Positions 63,151 to 64,000 of a DNA stretch of 64,000 nt are shown here, one piece after another. The stretch comes from an uncultured Candidatus Saccharibacteria bacterium. Its GTDB lineage: Bacteria > Patescibacteriota > UBA1384 > CAYGGE01. The position numbers and the translations under genes are program-made. A model generated the notes under the pieces. It was given only the letters and a program-made list of their open reading frames with translations, was not told the origin of the DNA and did not search any database. Location: positions 3,483 through 67,482 of the forward strand of contig CAYGGE010000005.1 of assembly GCA_964349485.1 (NCBI GenBank). Direction: 5' to 3'. Positions within the stretch are counted from its first letter, which is position 1. Every line of letters starts with the position of its first letter.

Positions 63151-64000
63151 CTAGGTAGTCGATGGCTTGAGCACAGGCTGCTCGGTTGCGTTGAGGCTAG
63201 ATAGTTGGAATACGCTGTGGAGCAAAATCGCCATACCGACTAGTTGCATTGGACTTAGGTAGGCCTTGAGAAATATTGCATTGACGACGACAGCGCCAAG
63301 CGGGAAACCAAGCTCAAGCAACGTGGCAACCGAGGCTTTGGTGTACTGTAGGCCACGATAATAGACGTAAAGTGAAACAACTCCTGAGGTGATCGCAATG
63401 ATCGCAATATATATGATATCGGTACTACTCATGGAGTTAATGGCCTGGATATTGCTGTTGCTAACGTTCCAGATAAGCAGGAAGATGAAGGCGATAACGA
63501 ATCGTAATGAAGTCATCATCTTGAAATCAACGCTTGCTAGCATATACCGACCGAGGACTGTTGAAGCTCCCCAAAGCCCTGCAGCCAGCAGAGCAAGCAA
63601 TATACCGATAATGTTGGGATTATACTGTTCACCAACATAGAGTTGGGGTGTAAGGTTCGGGAAGGAAATGACATAGGCACCGACGATGGCTAACACAGCC
63701 CATCTCCAGAAATATCTATTCGTCCGCTCGTGTAATAGGCTTGCTGCCAGGCCGATGGCGATTAAAGGCTGAAGTTTTTGCAATAGGATGGCAATTGATG
63801 GATTAACATAGGTGAAAGCCTGAGTAAAGGCAAAAGTAGCGATGGCTGAACCACCGATAGCGATAGTCAGGACGGCCATCCACTGTTTGATCTTCAGTTT
63901 AGCTAGTTGCTTTGCGTTAATGATTAGAAAGGGTAGTACGAATAGGACATCGACGAAGTGCTCAGCTAGGACTATGAAACTGCTCGGCAGATCTTTAGTC
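63151..64000 (-). CDS. EamA/DMT-family transporter (5' end beyond window)
   Basis: Multiple TM helices in two repeated halves. The open frame continues past 63879 to the window edge with no earlier stop. Confidence 0.65.
   Translation of the reverse strand, partial: TKDLPSSFIVLAEHFVDVLFVLPFLIINAKQLAKLKIKQWMAVLTIAIGGSAIATFAFTQAFTYVNPSIAILLQKLQPLIAIGLAASLLHERTNRYFWRWAVLAIVGAYVISFPNLTPQLYVGEQYNPNIIGILLALLAAGLWGASTVLGRYMLASVDFKMMTSLRFVIAFIFLLIWNVSNSNIQAINSMSSTDIIYIAIIAITSGVVSLYVYYRGLQYTKASVATLLELGFPLGAVVVNAIFLKAYLSPMQLVGMAILLHSVFQLSSLNATEQPVLKPSTT

Overview
This 64-kb window is chromosomal, about 47-48% GC, and very gene-dense with short intergenic gaps and frequent 4-nt start/stop overlaps; it is almost entirely housekeeping. 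The gene content and style suggest a reduced genome, possibly Patescibacteria/CPR (inference only): fused proteins (Def-Fmt, pseudo-dimeric ThyX), acidic tails on GyrA/GyrB/S16/L25, and missing rimM/rplS in the rpsP-trmD operon. Main content in order: tRNA-Pro; trxB; a DUF457 hydrolase; a complete dTTP-synthesis operon on the minus strand (dcd-dut-folC-glyA-thyX-folD-tmk); smpB; pyrF; der; lepB; tRNA-Val; a Kef-type K+/H+ antiporter; a full F1Fo ATP synthase operon (atpI-like, atpB/E/F/H/A/G/D/C) followed by an unknown ORF; murI; an HD hydrolase; maf; miaA; clpB; tRNA-Leu; comEA; recG; a cell-surface polysaccharide locus (WbaP-like priming transferase, GT4, Wzz/PCP-like, DUF4012-like); gyrB-gyrA; a CDF transporter and an aquaporin; tmRNA (ssrA); priA; another GT4; a Def-Fmt fusion; rpsP-KH-trmD; a small sigma-70-family factor; an M23 peptidase; rplY; thrS; comM; tRNA-Gly and tRNA-Cys; secG; an orphan SBP5-like protein; tRNA-Leu; and a partial EamA transporter. 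I found no CRISPR array, rRNA, transposase, integrase or recognisable defence system. The most interesting items are listed below.
- Three membrane-anchored paralogs carry a LytM/M23-like domain whose metal-binding/catalytic histidines are replaced. Two sit in tandem immediately 3' of tmRNA; the third is divergent from a bona fide M23 endopeptidase.
- A perfect 10-N4-10 palindrome lies across the predicted -35/-10 of clpB and matches none of CIRCE, HAIR or the CtsR box.
- PriA has degenerate Walker A, Walker B and motif III but an intact zinc-binding region.
- Def and Fmt are fused in one reading frame.
- ThyX is a 550-aa tandem-duplicated form whose signature motif is split between the two halves.
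- A perfect 32-nt palindrome sits just upstream of the der promoter, next to an unexplained ~400-nt noncoding region.
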